A stretch of DNA of 63,949 nt, counting the filler, from Trypethelium eluteriae (taxonomy: Eukaryota), in the NCBI GenBank assembly GCA_051942245.1. It is 3 parts of 3 records of this genome, joined end to end, with 100 filler letters (N's around TTAATTAATTAA, not from the genome) between each part and the next. Parts side by side here need not be neighbours in the genome. Positions count along the whole stretch, not along the records: positions 22,530 to 44,892 come from JAVECL010000445.1; positions 44,993 to 63,949 come from JAVECL010000540.1; 1 more part is not named here. One strand, written 5' to 3'. The notes below the pieces were generated by a model, which did not search any database, was not told where the DNA came from, and worked only from the letters and a program-made list of their open reading frames with translations. Each line of letters begins with the position of its first letter. The stretch's first letter is position 1. The translations under genes were made by a program, and so were the position numbers. Positions 37,865 through 51,600 of this stretch are shown piece after piece.

Positions 37865-40800
37865 TCACAATGAAGCCGTTATTCCCAGCATGAAGAACGG
37901 AAAAATGTGAATCATCAGAGTTGCCATGTTGACCTTATTTCCTGCTGATGTTACGACCGGAGGATCTGCGGACAAAGTCGAGCCTATCGGCATCAAATCC
38001 GTGGTACTTGGAGAACTGCTCCCCGTGTTCGTCGCCGAAGGTAATTGTACACCAGTCGTAGTTATGAGTGCCTCAGTGTAACCTCCAACAACTAGTCTAC
38101 CATTTGCCACGCTTACAGTCTCCCCTCCAATAGTTGCAGACGAACAACCCTCTACTAATGTTTGGTAGTGTGAGTTTGCAGCGATGATAAACTCGCTATG
38201 GTGTCCGGAGCTAACTATCTCAAATGCTGTAAAGGAGTGTCCAGAAATAGTGAATAGTGCCATCATCTCCTCACTATGAGCACCAAACCGCTCAGTGCTA
38301 CTCCCAACAAGAAGACCATCCGATAGAGCACTAACAGTCTCTTCTCCGATACGCGTAGGTGCACCTCCCCGTACAAGTGTTATAAACTTGGAATCTGATC
38401 GTATGACGACTTCTCGATCTCCTCTGGAGTCAGTAGTCTCAAAGGCACTATAAGCTTTCCCAGAAATGGTGAACAGAGCCTTTGCACCTGCACTGGAGGC
38501 GGTGTAAGTATCTGTGTTGCTTTCAACAATTAGGCCATTGCTTGCGGCACTGATTACTTCTCTACCGATTGTAGCAGGAGGACCACCTGGGGAGAGTAAT
38601 AAAGAGCTCGAGCTTATTGGGATGACAACTGCGCCGCCGTATCCAGGGTCATCGACTTGAAAGGCTGTATGAGGTGTTCCCGAGAGGGTGAATCCCGCTT
38701 GAGGGCGATCTACCTCCGCGAGAGCCGAAGCGGCCATTGTGATGACTGTAGGGGCGAACTCGTGCGTATTTCCGTTTTCGATAATACCGACTGGAGCGGC
38801 GCTAATCGCTTGTCCCTCAAAAGTAGCTGCAGGCCCATTCATTGGCAGTGATACAAAGGTAGATCCAGAAGGAACTACAATAGCTCCACTTCCTCTAGAT
38901 CCATGTACTTTCAAAGCGGTGTAGACGCCGCCTGAAGCAGTAAATACAGCACCTGAGAGTGGTGTCGATGGTGAGGCTATAGCCGAATAAGCTGGATCTT
39001 CCGGTTTGGAAAACATGATTGTTTGGACAGCGTCTAGATTGGATTGACCTTGTAATGTAACACCCGGAGAGTTCCACGAGTTCGGTGTTCCTTCTTTAGC
39101 AGAAGTTTGCCCTCCCTCTATAGAAGGCAATCGTCCAGATTTAACCGCCTGCCCAGATCCTGAAAGATCCGTACCGGTCTTCAAGGGGTCTGGATCAAGT
39201 GCTTGACTAGCCTCGATAGATGTTGGAGCATTTAATGATGTGGTTACCGAGCCTATGTTACTAGGTATAGAAGCCACGCCTACATCGGCTACCGATTCCG
39301 GCGACGGCAAGTCTCCAAGGCCCGCATTTGGACGAGAGGAGGGATTGCCATTGGCAAATATGGAGCCGATTACGCCAGCTACTTGGCCACTGGGGTCAGG
39401 ATTTGGAGGTTTAGAAGCTTCCTCAGATGGAGCGATTGGCTGAGAGCCTAAAGAAGCTATGCTTGTGTCCAAAGAGTCGGTACTGCTAGCAAAAACATGA
39501 GGAATTACGCTAGCCAAGGGATCATCAGAGATCTCAGAAGTAGCCTGTTTGTGTGACTGCGAGGGAACATTATTCAGACTCGAGGTACTTGGTCTACCGC
39601 CCAGGAGAGAGTTTATTCCAGCAAGGTCGCTATCAAAACTTTGAATCGATAGATCAGCGGTTGACAGCGCGGGATCTACTGACTGTGGATCCCTAGAGTT
39701 ACCAGGAGAATTTTCTGGCGACATTGGAGCGGGATTTGGACCTTCTGGACTGTTCGACAACCTTGGCATAGGGTTGGGTAAGGTGGTAGACGATGGGGGT
39801 TTCGGATGATTCATTGAAGCCCTGCTCGACTGATTTGGTCCAGATACTGTAGCAGGTTTTGGATCGTTTGGATCGTTTGGATCATTTCGATCACTTGGAT
39901 CGCTTGGATCGCCTGGGGCGGCTGACAAGCTTGGGCCAAGATCAGGGGGAGAGACAGGCCTTGGGGTTTTCGGATCACTGGCTGAAGTTTCAGCCGGCTG
40001 ATCTGTTCGAGGTGCTGAAGCTGGTGTTGCTGATTGAGTTGGCATTATACTTGACGGCGTCGGTGTGGCTGGAGCTGCGACACCTTGGAGAGCATAAGGT
40101 GGGTCGAATGCTCCTTCAAAGTCAAAGTTGCAATTTGACCAGGCGGGGTCCAGAGCCCGAATCGATCTCAAAGGTACTACAAGAATGGGATCGTATGTTC
40201 TTGTCTGGGGGCACGTCGCATTTATGAGAGCATATGAAGTGATCGGGTCCGGGTCCGACGCCCATGCGAATGGATTATATCCCATTGCGTTGACACTCCA
40301 GCCTGCACACCATGGCTGACGATCAAAGATACTCGCAGGCACGGGAACATTCAAATCTGTGAAATTGAAGAAAGCCGTGTATGACGTGATGCATTCCCAT
40401 GGCTCAGCCAGGTCCTCAGTGAGTTGTGGAACATTGACATATGCTGCGATGGAAGATAATTCCTGAGTGTTGACTGGTATGATGGATGACCGATGGGTTT
40501 TTCCAACCGGACCGCAAGAATCTGACGCGTAGATATCAGAGAAAAAGACATAAGCTGTAGGTGAGATTGCGACAAACGATGTTCCAAAGGTAGAGATGGT
40601 CAGAGGTTCATATTCGCGTTTTGCATGAACCGAGCTCCTATTTAGTGAAGCAGTCTCTGAGACTGGCCAGTAGAATAATTGTACAGTCGATCCCGTGATG
40701 GCACAATCTCCACATCCAAGAGTACATCCAGGTGCAAGCTTTGATCTTGTTGGCCAATATTCGGAAACCCGTACGGACCCATTGGGAGCAGTAACCATTG

Positions 40801-42140
40801 TAGACTGATATCCCATCGATGCTATCGAAGCCGAAAACCCTCCACCTCCCGCCCGCGATAACCACGAGACTGTATAAGCCGATTGAAGCTGAGCGCAGAC
40901 ATTGGGAGCCATCGATGCTTGCGTGCAAATTGGAGATGAAGAATCTTGTAAATCATCGAAACTTATTACGGCAGCATCGTAGCTCTGAAGTGCTGGACAT
41001 GTAGATGAAGCACGGTGGGTTGTCCAAATTTCAGTTGTGAGGCAGCCTGGATCGTTCGGAAGAGACCGCGTGAAAGTAGAAAACTGATTGGATGCCCAAA
41101 TATCCCACTGCTCCTGACAATGAGGGACGATAGAGGGAAGAGCGCAAGACGGAGTGATTAAAGTACCGTTGTAAGGGACATAAGAGCTACCTGAAGCTAT
41201 TATTGCAGAAGTCATAGTCCACGAATCAACAATATGTGTTCTAGTGCCTGTTGAATAAGAAGAATCGCTCCATGTGTCTGTGCTTCAAAGCGAAACGTAT
41301 GTTGAGATGGAGTGGCCTTCGTCGATCAGAGTCGTTGTGAGCGTATATACTAGTGTTTCAGAATACACAATCCACGGAAGGTCCGTGGTAGAAGTCACGA
41401 AAGTTGTGAATGAGCCGCTAACACTAACCCACTCTCCAGTAGCAGCCAAACTCTGCGACCAGAACGACGTCCACTGCGCCCAACAATCGGTATTATTTAA
41501 AGTGTTAGTTTTTGTAGCAATAAGAGTGTGGTCTTTTGTTGAGTTGTGATGAGAATTTTGAAACATTTCGGCGGATCTTGTGATACTGGTTCTCGTCTGC
41601 GAAAGGTTCCGAGAGGTGGTGGAGGCCGTAGAATCTCGGGCATTACTGCTGTTCAACGTTGTAGCAGTTGTAGATGTGTTGCCAGAATACTGGGAAGTTG
41701 AATAATGTGTAGTATATGCTATATCATCTGCATTGCCTGATAATGAAGGGTCACTACTGGTTGAGGGGGTCGAAGATGAGAGCGACAAAATCGTTTGCGA
41801 CGACGTCGATGGTTTCTGTATAGCCAGTCCACTCGCAATATAGCCTCCTATACCTGGAGACTTGGTAGATTGCAGTATCTGTGCATCTAATGCATTTGTG
41901 TGAGAGGTAGTTGAGACCGTACTGGACATGTCTGATGCTACTGTGAAGTTGGATCCGAAACCGACACCGCCATTATCCACTAGAGGATACATATTAACAT
42001 AGAAGTCTCTCCAAGAGCGATCCAGCATCGGCATGATTCTTACCGGTGTCATTGGGTGGGGCAAGAGCCAAAACATAAAGTCGTGTCAGTGCCTGAACGA
42101 GGAAAAGACAGCAGAAGAGGCCGAGGAGAGATAGCATCAT
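37865..42140 (-). CDS. Large secreted, GPI-anchored S/T/P-rich cell-surface protein (~1400 codons; intron 41980-42043) interrupted by an in-frame TGA at 41285-41287 (nonsense allele, readthrough or sequence error)
   Basis: A signal exon MMLSLLGLFCCLFLVQA.. is spliced to ORF 41285-42076, which is in the same frame as ORF 37865-41215. Cys-rich core (CTLGCGDC..VQLFYWP..LDPAWSNC..GAFDPP), four beta-type repeats and a hydrophobic C-terminal GPI-like signal. Confidence 0.78.
39857..39912 (-). repeat. Coding 9-bp tandem repeat (DPS/DPN)
   Basis: Units resembling ggatcgttt, encoding GDPSDPSDRNDPNDPNDPK. Confidence 0.8.
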
Positions 42141-43145
42141 GCGGGACCAAACGCTGACTTCTCAGAAAAGGAAAAGTATATATTTCAGATACTAGTCTCG
42201 ATCGTTTTCATAGAAACAGAAAGTATTCATGGGAATCAAAATAGGGATTCATCTCGCGAGGTCCGCGATACAATCAGTCATAAATCCTAGTAGCTAGCTG
42301 AAAGCTCGGAATTATAAGCCTCCTCGGCGTGATTTTGACCAATGCCATCATTGACAGCTCCGAATATTTGTGGGCCAGTGGATATATAGGGGTCACACAA
42401 TGTTGGATAGGCAGTAAGGCAGAGAGAGCACGGTGGCGTCAGCTGCCATGATTGGACAGTGTTTTGATGATCCGACATGGAGACGGAGACTTTGGACCAG
42501 GGCAGGTCAGTAAATCTCCTCCAGCAATTTAAGAGCTGCGTGTTCGCTTTGTCTGCACTTCCACTGCAGTGCTCTATAATCCGATCTATTGATATGAGAT
42601 GGTCATTTACACTCTGCGAGTTCATCTCCCCAAGTCCAGGACAGAGCGTTCGGAACAAGGTTAGGTAGACACATCCTGATAGGATGACACTCACCTGATA
42701 AGGTAAGCTGCCAGCATATATGGTGCTGCACTAGCTGGGAGATGCACATAGAGGCTCTGCTGCAAGATGCTGAGACTTGGGAATGTGTGTTGCATGAGAT
42801 GTTGAGCCTTGCCTCAAGGTTGTTCAGGTCTACTCGGGGCGCCGAACGCCGGGACTGTCTCTGTAAGTCGGAACTAAGTGGCCGAGTTTGACACCACTAG
42901 AACTTAGGGTCAGCAAAACGATAGAAGTTTAAGAAGTGGGATTGCACAGCGAGCGCGAGGCAACTGGATTGAGCCTCCTGTGGTCTAATCCAATAGATGA
43001 AACACTGAACTTTGCATGAGAATGATTAGATAGAGCCTCGTGAAGGTCCCTGAAGATGAAGAAATATGCGATCCGATACTTCCTACGGCGTATATGCGGC
43101 CTATACCTAGGTAGGCACTGGGTGCGCAAGTATTGCAGGTTCGTC

Positions 43146-43708
43146 TCACATTTCATTTGACTTCTTCCGCCCACGATACGGTACTTGTGGGGTTCCAAAC
43201 CACAGCACGGAACCAACATACCACTGCATGTCGCGGCGCGTGGGCCATGCGTGAATCTTGGCCCAAGCTTTGATTGAGCTTAGACTTAGAGTACTAATTT
43301 TTGATATCTGAAGGTCAGTATTGTTGGGGTGACTTTGATCTACCCGATCTTTCAGATTCCATATTGTGCCCCAGGCTTTGTCAATGCACAGGTCCAAGTG
43401 CGTTGGGAACGCCGCTATGTACAGATTACTTTGATGACCCTCTGTGTAGCGTTCGCCAAATTGGTATTCCTTGGATGGAGTACACCAGCATTCTCGCTTT
43501 GGGCAAGGTTGGTTCAGAGAGGGAGGGACCTTGCACTTGCGGCCGTGATATCCGGGATGATCCGCAAGAAGCCACTACATACCAGGTATCTATCTTGATA
43601 GGCCATCGTTGAGTAGAGTACCAAGGAGGTATTTCAGCATGGAAGACTGAATCAACTGGGCAGAGAAATCCTGATGCGTGCAAACTGAATCCAGCCTCGG
43701 GTATGCCA
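43146..43708 (-). pseudogene. Possible gene relic of unknown family
   Basis: A frame of ~187 codons (MAYPRLDSVCTHQDF...HGRKCKVPP...CPKRECWCTP...DLCIDKAW...) broken only by two nearby TAG stops. Confidence 0.3.
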
Positions 43709-44892
43709 TTCGCCCTCTTTACGATGTTAGATTAAATTTCCCGTCTACTGTACTTTTTCATTCCCCATGTTTGAGAGTGTAAGATGGAGGATTGGTTGTG
43801 TTTCTTATTTCGCCGCGTACGGCTGCTTTCCTTCCTCTGTCACCCTTCCCCCTCGAAAGATCTTCATGGCTGTAGGGTATTTTATCAAGGTTAGGGACAA
43901 TAGAGTATTGATGAAAGAGAAAAGGCTGGACAACGCCAGCAGTATCGCAGGACAGCGGCGCTACGACTCCAATATGCTGCGAGAGGCATCATACCCTCTC
44001 CCCAATTCTTCCTGTCCAATCTGAATTCATTTCCCACTAATTCTCCTTCAGCAATTTCTGCTACATCATAATTCTCTCTACAGATACTTGGGACGGCGCT
44101 ACCGTTTTTTTCCATGGCTGCCTCTCCTCCTACACTTCCTGTATTAGTACAGCTTTGGATTTGAGCGTTCAAATGGGCTAGTGGTATGCGAGTAAGCTAC
44201 CTTTTAGTTTGCTGCTAAACTATGTATGTAGCGCAAACGCCGCATCGAGCGAGGATAATGTCACAGCGTCAGATTAGGTCTTATGTATTATCTCTACTAT
44301 GAAAAATCTTTAGTTAATAAACGCCATTTCCATTGATGTCTATCATGACTCACAGCCAATAGCATGAAACGAGACTGAGGACGACAGTCTCTATATGGTG
44401 GTATCTCTATCTTCGCCTCCTTTTGCGTGTTTCTTCCCACAAGAAAAGAATAGGATGGCCCTCCCGTACGGGTCGAAAGTGAAATCTAGTCATCAAGATA
44501 TAGTGAAAAAAAAGTATGCCACCTGCGCCATAAGTCTGCACATCCGAGCGACTCGTCTCGCCGATTCCACATGTCAATCCACACACCATTAGTACTCCAT
44601 ACTCAAGGCCCAGCCAGCTTGTTGGCCATCCTATTGGCCATCATGCAAAAACCAAACCCATCCCACTCCATATTCTCGACAAAGTCTGCAATCTCCGTCC
44701 CCATTACAGCTCCTCACCCATCCTCAAACACCTCCTCTTCCAAGGAAACAAATCTCATCACACCGCCGTCGCCGCCCCCTCCATCAACCTCTCCCTCCAC
44801 CCGCGACACACCTCCTCAACCCCCCCCACCACCCCCTCCCACTCCCCCCCACAGTCCCTCCCCCCCACCCTCTCCCCCCCCCCCCCCCCCCC

Positions 44893-44992
44893 NNNNNNNN
44901 NNNNNNNNNNNNNNNNNNNNNNNNNNNNNNNNNNNNTTAATTAATTAANNNNNNNNNNNNNNNNNNNNNNNNNNNNNNNNNNNNNNNNNNNN
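44893..44992. other. Artificial assembly spacer (N44-TTAATTAATTAA-N44)
   Basis: Seen directly; it truncates the MSS4 reading frame. Confidence 0.97.
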
Positions 44993-47861
44993 ACCTCCTC
45001 CACTACCGGCAGCGTCGTCCCCGCGTACCCGTCCCCCGCACGCTCCGCGCTCGGGCTGCGCACGGCGCCGAGGCGGCGGTCCGGGACGTCGTCTTCGGAG
45101 ACGCCTTTGCGCTGGCTCTTAGCGGCCTCGCGCTCGGCGCGCTCCATCACCTTCTCTGTCTTTGGGGACTGCTGGTTGCTGCGGAAACTGGGGGCAGTGG
45201 TGGTGCTGGTCTTACGGGGGTCGTCGGAGTTCAAGTTTTTTGACGACGAGGAGGCTTTGGCGTTGGCGTTGGCGTTAAAGGTGCCGCCATCGTTCGTTAG
45301 GGGAGGAAGCTGCTGCGGTGGGACGCCCGCGGCGTGAGCGACGGCCTCGTGGGCGGGGATGTTGGTGGAGCCGGGTTGCTGGTTGGTGCTTTCGGCGAGT
45401 TTTTCGGCGTCGGCGGCTTCGCGAGTCTTGGTGATGCCGGAGATGAAGCGGGCGAAGCGGTCGCCGTAGGGTTCGGGAGGGATGGCGGAGATTTGGGATT
45501 TGGGGTTGGAGAGGCCCTTCCAGAAGTGTTCGGTGCGTTTGATCATATTGTACTATATTCAATGCCGTATCAGTTGTTGAACGAGAGAGGTACATAGAGG
45601 ATGGAGATAACTTACGTGCGTCAGGCAATCGATGATACCAAGGTAGTAGATTTCCTCACCAGGCCGATCATCCTCATGTGTTGCTCGGAATCCGCCATCA
45701 TCTTGGTAGAAGTAAAACCCTTTCTTACTCTCTAGCACTTCCTCTGGCATCTTGCTTACCGTCTGGTCCATGGGGATGGGCTTTTGGTTCTTTATGATCT
45801 GCCGGAGCTCTTTTGCTTTCCTCGCAGTTTCCATCTTCGAAGGCGTTCGTGTGAGCATGCTAGGCACTCGCTGCAGAGACGCGCTTCCTCGTTGCGATGG
45901 ATCTGAGCCTTGCTGTTGAAGACCCTGAGTTTGTTGCGGATCGTGGTCGGGACTTTCGCCACCTGGTTGGAAGACCTGTAGCGTCTTGTTGCGAATGTTT
46001 TCTTCGTTGCCAACTCCGAGATCATGGATACCGACCAAAAGACTGTAGTCCATGATCTTAAGCTTCTGCAGCAAGGCTACATCCCGCTTTATTTGCTCAG
46101 CAAAGTTCTTCATTTTTGTTGGGCCGAACTCGAGATGAAGATCTCTGCGTAACCAATTGAGGTCTTTGAGCGTGGCTCGCGGATTATTCTTAAGATCCTC
46201 TTCTCTGAAGTCTCGACCGATCGTTGATCCTTTGAGATCGAACGTCCTGTGAATATCTCGATGAGGTGGAAAGAGATTGTTCATGACCACGAAGTGTGTT
46301 TTGCGCCCGTATGGCATCTTCATCCGATGTAAGCCATAGAATTGGGAAAGGAGGGTATTAGGATTATCTTGAACATGCTCGTAGTAGTCTTTGAGTATCT
46401 TGCGAAGGAATTTGTGTTCAGCGTGGTGGATGGTTTTGATAATGTACTTGTAGTCGCGGGAGAAATAGAAAAAGCTGCCGCTCTTGCCAGGGGAACCCAG
46501 TTCTGAAAGGATGTATTTGCTGGTAAGGGACATGAGATAATCTGCGGGATCAATCTTGAAGATTCTTCGAAGATGTCGAAAGACCCATGGGGCATAGTCT
46601 TTGAACTTGAAGTCGTATTTGGCGGAGGGTGTAAGTTCGTTCCCAGTCCTGTTAAGGTTAGCAAGACCTCCACTGGACAATCCAGCACTACTCACACGTC
46701 GAAAGAGAATTTTTGGGATGTCTGAAAATCGGAGTCGACCAAATCGCGATCCACTTTGGCATTGCATCTTGAAACAGTGAATCGAATGCCCGTTAACATG
46801 TTGTATGCCATGACGAAATTGGCATGGTTCTGATCAACTCTTGTACCAACTAGCACTCTCTCATCATCTTCGTCTTCTTTCCGCTTTCGTTTGCTTGCTC
46901 TTTTCTGTCTTATGTGTTCCGCCCAGCGTAATGCATCTTCATCTTGTGGCACCTCGTCAAGGTTTATTTGCGAATGGATGGACCTTGTCGCTCGCCGCGC
47001 AAGGGTCAAAGACGCTCGTCGTCTTGTAGGAGTAGCCGGTGAAAAACGCCCAGTGCTTAGTGCATCATCTGTAGCTTGCGAATCCCGTGAGAGCCGGGCA
47101 GTATTGACTTTGGGAACTTCTAGGGTGTGTCGATGTTGCAGGCGGTTGTAGGGCGAACCTTGTAAAGCAGCGATAGCGGGATTAATTGGCACAGCCAACG
47201 TGGGATCTTTCGGGTCTCGAAAAGCAGGCGGAGATGATAGTCGATGTTTCTCTGAGCCGGCCGGTGCATTCAAAGCACTGTCGGATGAGGTGCGATCTGG
47301 CTGAGCGGCACTCACACTTCGTCCATGAATTGGCGATGTTGGCGGATGAGTCGCATTCAGAGGCGACGAAGCTGTGGTAGAGGGCACTGATTCTCCAACG
47401 CTCTCTCCGTTTGTCATGGGTGGAGGCTCATCCGGGCCTCTGGGTGCCCTTTCTGCCGGCAACTTTTTAGCACTGTCAGCGACATGGGGCTCTTGTGTAG
47501 GTGACTGGTGGTCGATGTCATTATCTCCATTGACTCTTTCCCTGCCAAGACTGGACGTCTGCGCCGTACTAGCGGATTTTGAACTGCTTTTGTAGGAAGG
47601 GCTCGTATCTCCAGCATCTACATAGGTCGACCCACTCGCGCGTCCGTTGGGCAATGTTTGCACGCTCGAATCGGTTCCGTTGACGATAGTGCTTTCGGGA
47701 CGGACGAAGTCGCCATTCGACAGTGTCTTGGACTGTCGCGTACTAGTCCGGTTGCTGAAAGTGAGTTTATCTATCGACTCACGAGGATAGTAGTTGAAAG
47801 CGGAGATTGAACTGGCCAGCGACGTACGGTCTGCCGGCTCGTCGCTCGCGAACGAGGGCAT
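44993..47861 (-). CDS. MSS4: Phosphatidylinositol-4-phosphate 5-kinase, 3' end lost in the gap; introns 46649-46695 and 45553-45615
   Basis: [44 protein letters not shown] and [10 protein letters not shown]. The start could alternatively be the ATG at 47879. Confidence 0.95.
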
Positions 47862-48641
47862 GTCGAATGCCTGGTGCATCCGACGATCATTGAACACGAG
47901 TTTATGGGGTGATTTGTGCCGCCGTCATATCTGGAGGGTTGATAAGGGTTGGAAGCTGGCGTATTCCGGTGATCGGCCTGGAGGATGAGGTAGCAATTGC
48001 GGCCGTGCGTTGGCGACAGAGTGAAGAGGCTCACGAGGGGACGAGGAGACGAGTTGAAGGCTGCAGCTGAGCTCTTGGTGGATTGATCCGGATATGGGTT
48101 TGGATTGGTTAAGATGCAGATCCGGGACGTGCCTGGGTTGCGAAGGGCTGAGGCCGGTGTTCTTTTGGAATTGCGTGGGTTGGACAAGGGTCTCCTCCTC
48201 TCTCTCGTTGCTCTCCAATCCCTCCTCCACCCTAAGCTACCACCCACGCCACCCCTACGTGCCACGCTTTATGTAAGAACCAACACCCATTCTCCGCCGC
48301 GAACAATTCCTCGATCGGAGGTTTTTGCAACGAATGTGTTGCTCTAAGGTTTCCTCGCATCTTGACCTGCCTTTTCCGTAGCACTATGATAGTCCCTGGT
48401 CAAGATATGCCCCCATAGCAATAGCAATGTCCAGACTAGTTGTGACGTCGCAGGCCATAACAATTTCAGTACCAGTGCAGCAATATTATCGATTTCATTT
48501 CATTCGCTAGTGATTCAGTTCCTCCCGTAATACCAAATTTGTCTCGCTCAAATATTGAGCTGACAAATACCTATTTCCATTGGAAAAATAGCCAAGAAAC
48601 CCCCAGGATGCAAAAGCTAAGAATATCACGACACGCAAAGG

Positions 48642-51600
48642 TTATGCTTGGTAAGATATCCTTTGCCGGACGCCTTTGCTATCGGCAAAGTAATGGCACC
48701 TCTCCTTTTCATCCCAATCAACAATCCCAAAAAGATGTTTTCCAATATTCATGTCATCATCCTTTCCCTCGTGAGTCGTCTCATGCATTTCCTCTTCCAG
48801 CACCCTCCAATCCAAAAACATTACTCTTTCCCTCAACTCCAGTTCCAAGATTTGTTGTACTACTGTCAAACTCGCCTTTTCGCGTCTCGTCTCGAGCAAT
48901 ACAAGCTTCTGCAACCCAGCATAGCTCTGGCTCTCATAGACGACTGAATCGTCTGCAGGATCTGCATCAAAGCCGCGTTCGCGGACCCAATGATCCAGAG
49001 TTCTAACACAAAAGGCACCGTGGGCAGATATAAGATCCTCGGCGATCCAGGGAGATCTCGCAATGCAGGGGGCCAGATAGATGATGCATCTACTGAACGT
49101 TGGTCGCACCACCGTGAATGCAATAGGCGTCGGCTTCGGGGAGTGTCTGACTCCAGAAGACGTAGCATACACGGTGGCGAACCCTGTACGCTTCCCTCGA
49201 ATTTGTGAAGGTGGAGAAATCATAAGCTGATCTCTTTGCCCTGACGATGTTTTGTTTGGCATTCGAGGAGTGACGCTGACGACTGTTGAGCTATTGGGAG
49301 ACTGATCACTGTCGGGAGGCTCAGTGAGTAGCCTTCGTGTGTCTGGAGAGTCCTGTCGGTGATCAGGCGAGTTAGTAATATCTGCAAGTGGCTCTTGCGC
49401 CTGAAGTATGGATTGGCTCCCTCTGTCGACCAGAATCAATTGTCCACCATCCGAATTGCTCGTATTCCTTGCTTTCTTTACTACGATGTGCCCCCCAATT
49501 CCGTTTGATCCATCGGCCTCATTCAGATCGTCGTAGGTGCGTTTGGCTGGTTTACTTGCGACCTGAGAGATTTTTCTGAGACTTTCATGCGGCTCTGCTG
49601 GTTTTGAAGGCCTCGACATCGGTTGGATTTTTTGCGTATCTATGAAAATAGGCAATTGCAAGTTTTCGTTCGCACAATTCGAGTCGAACACAGAAGAGGG
49701 AAACGCTGGAGTTGGCTTAATTTGCTGCGGCCTTGAGGAAACGAAAACATCGACGACAGACCGGACGTTTGATTTCGGTTCGCCAGGCTCGCTTTGTTTT
49801 GACGATGGTTGAGACGATGAAGTTCGACTGGTCCCTTCGGTAGTATCTGAAACTTGCCGCGTTCTTGACACCGCCGTTATCGGAGTTGATCGAGCGCTTC
49901 TGGATCTTGTGCTTCTGCTTTCAGTACACGTCTCGCGGACAACCTTTACCCATTTTGCCAACTCCTGACTTTCGCCCTCAGCAGCGAGCTCTCGTGCATT
50001 TAGCGCGAGCTCCTGTAGTTCGAGGAAAGTGATAGTATCTCTCCAACTTCGGTCTAGATGAACCTTGCGGACTCGGGGATGCCTTAACGTGTAGAAATTA
50101 GCGCCAGAAGGCTTGTCGAACGCGCTACCCAGAACTTCAACGACGAGTGGAGATGAGAAAGCCGTTTGCATTGGTGAAACCGAGTCTCCAATAGAAATGT
50201 CAAAGGACTCAGGTGCTTCGCCTTTACGGAAGGGATGTTGGCTCAAGTAGCCGTAGTTACACAGAGTCTCGTGATCAGCCTTAGGAATGCATTCTTTGCA
50301 GCATACCAAGTCAACAACCTTGAATCGAGGCTTAGCATCCACCTGGAGGACATCATCTTTATTCTCGAGGCATCCCAGATAGAAGCTAGTCCAGCGAGGA
50401 TTTGATAAACCGCAAGCTTCGGCGTCACGCGCATTGTACGACGCACCAATCACGGCAAAATCGGCTTCGTCTCCCATGCTATTGATGTAGTCCTTCTTCA
50501 TCTTGACAAAGCCCCGAAATCCAGATGTGCTCTCAGTCTCATACAGCGCAAAATATGGGGCGTCTGTAGGTTTCAACGCCAAACCTTCCCATCGTCGTGT
50601 TATCGACCATGCGAAATGCTCCATGAGTCTTTCCTTTGCGTCAGCTGTGGAGAAGTCAATATACTTGTGTTGGGCGGTCATGGCGTAACCAAGGCGTTTC
50701 ACTACGATTGACTTTAACCGACCTCTTCGCTCCTGATACGGTTCATTCATTATCATCTCATCGTCAATCATCAGGAGGTCATGATACATCATCATCAGGT
50801 GTTCATCTCGATGTGGTGGTGAGTCATTTTCGGTCCCGATGAACCTGCCGGAGCGCAAGACGTGGTTTCGAATCTTGGCAAACTCCAAGATCTCTTCTGT
50901 CGCGTCATTATACACTAGCAATTCCCCAAGAAGAATGCATGTTGAGTGGATGGGACAGTCTGGCTTTCCTAAGCGCAGAGATTCGCGAATCGTGCCGTGA
51001 ATCGCAGAGCGATCCTCGGTGGAGTCTTTGCCACTTTTAGAGTAAATCTGTATGGGTCGAGATTCGTTGGACATATCGATATGAATCTCGCAATATTCAC
51101 CATCGTATTTTCTCTCAGCGGACCAACGGCGCCGTCCCACTATGTTCAAGCAATTCTGGATGGAACGAGCTTTGACAAACGAGGGTCGACCAACTTTGAC
51201 GCCGACCTTCGGACGTAACCGTGCAGAAGCTTCGCGCTTATAGATAAGCTGCTGATCTGGATCGGCAACAGCAGGATAGCATGCCAGGCCCGTTTTCAGC
51301 AAACTCAGAGCGTCCGGTAGTGAATCTTGAAAACGAAGTAGATCTGGTAGCAGAAAATGATACGCGCTTTGTACTTGATGATCTCCTGGCAGGAATCTCG
51401 CGATATCCTTCAAGATAATTCGAGTGAGCCATTTCGCCTGGCATGGATCCATTCGAAGGTATAGCCAATCTAATGGCTTATCCAGATTGGCAGTGCTTGC
51501 CGTCTGCCGCACATTATGATTGGAGAATCGAGATCGAGACGCCAATTCACCAAGCGAGGAGTCAACTTGCTCAACAGATACCGGAGGAATTGCTGGAGAG

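Noticed and set aside
44571..44892. Pro-rich plus-strand ORF
   Set aside because: Product of low-complexity poly-C sequence at a contig end.
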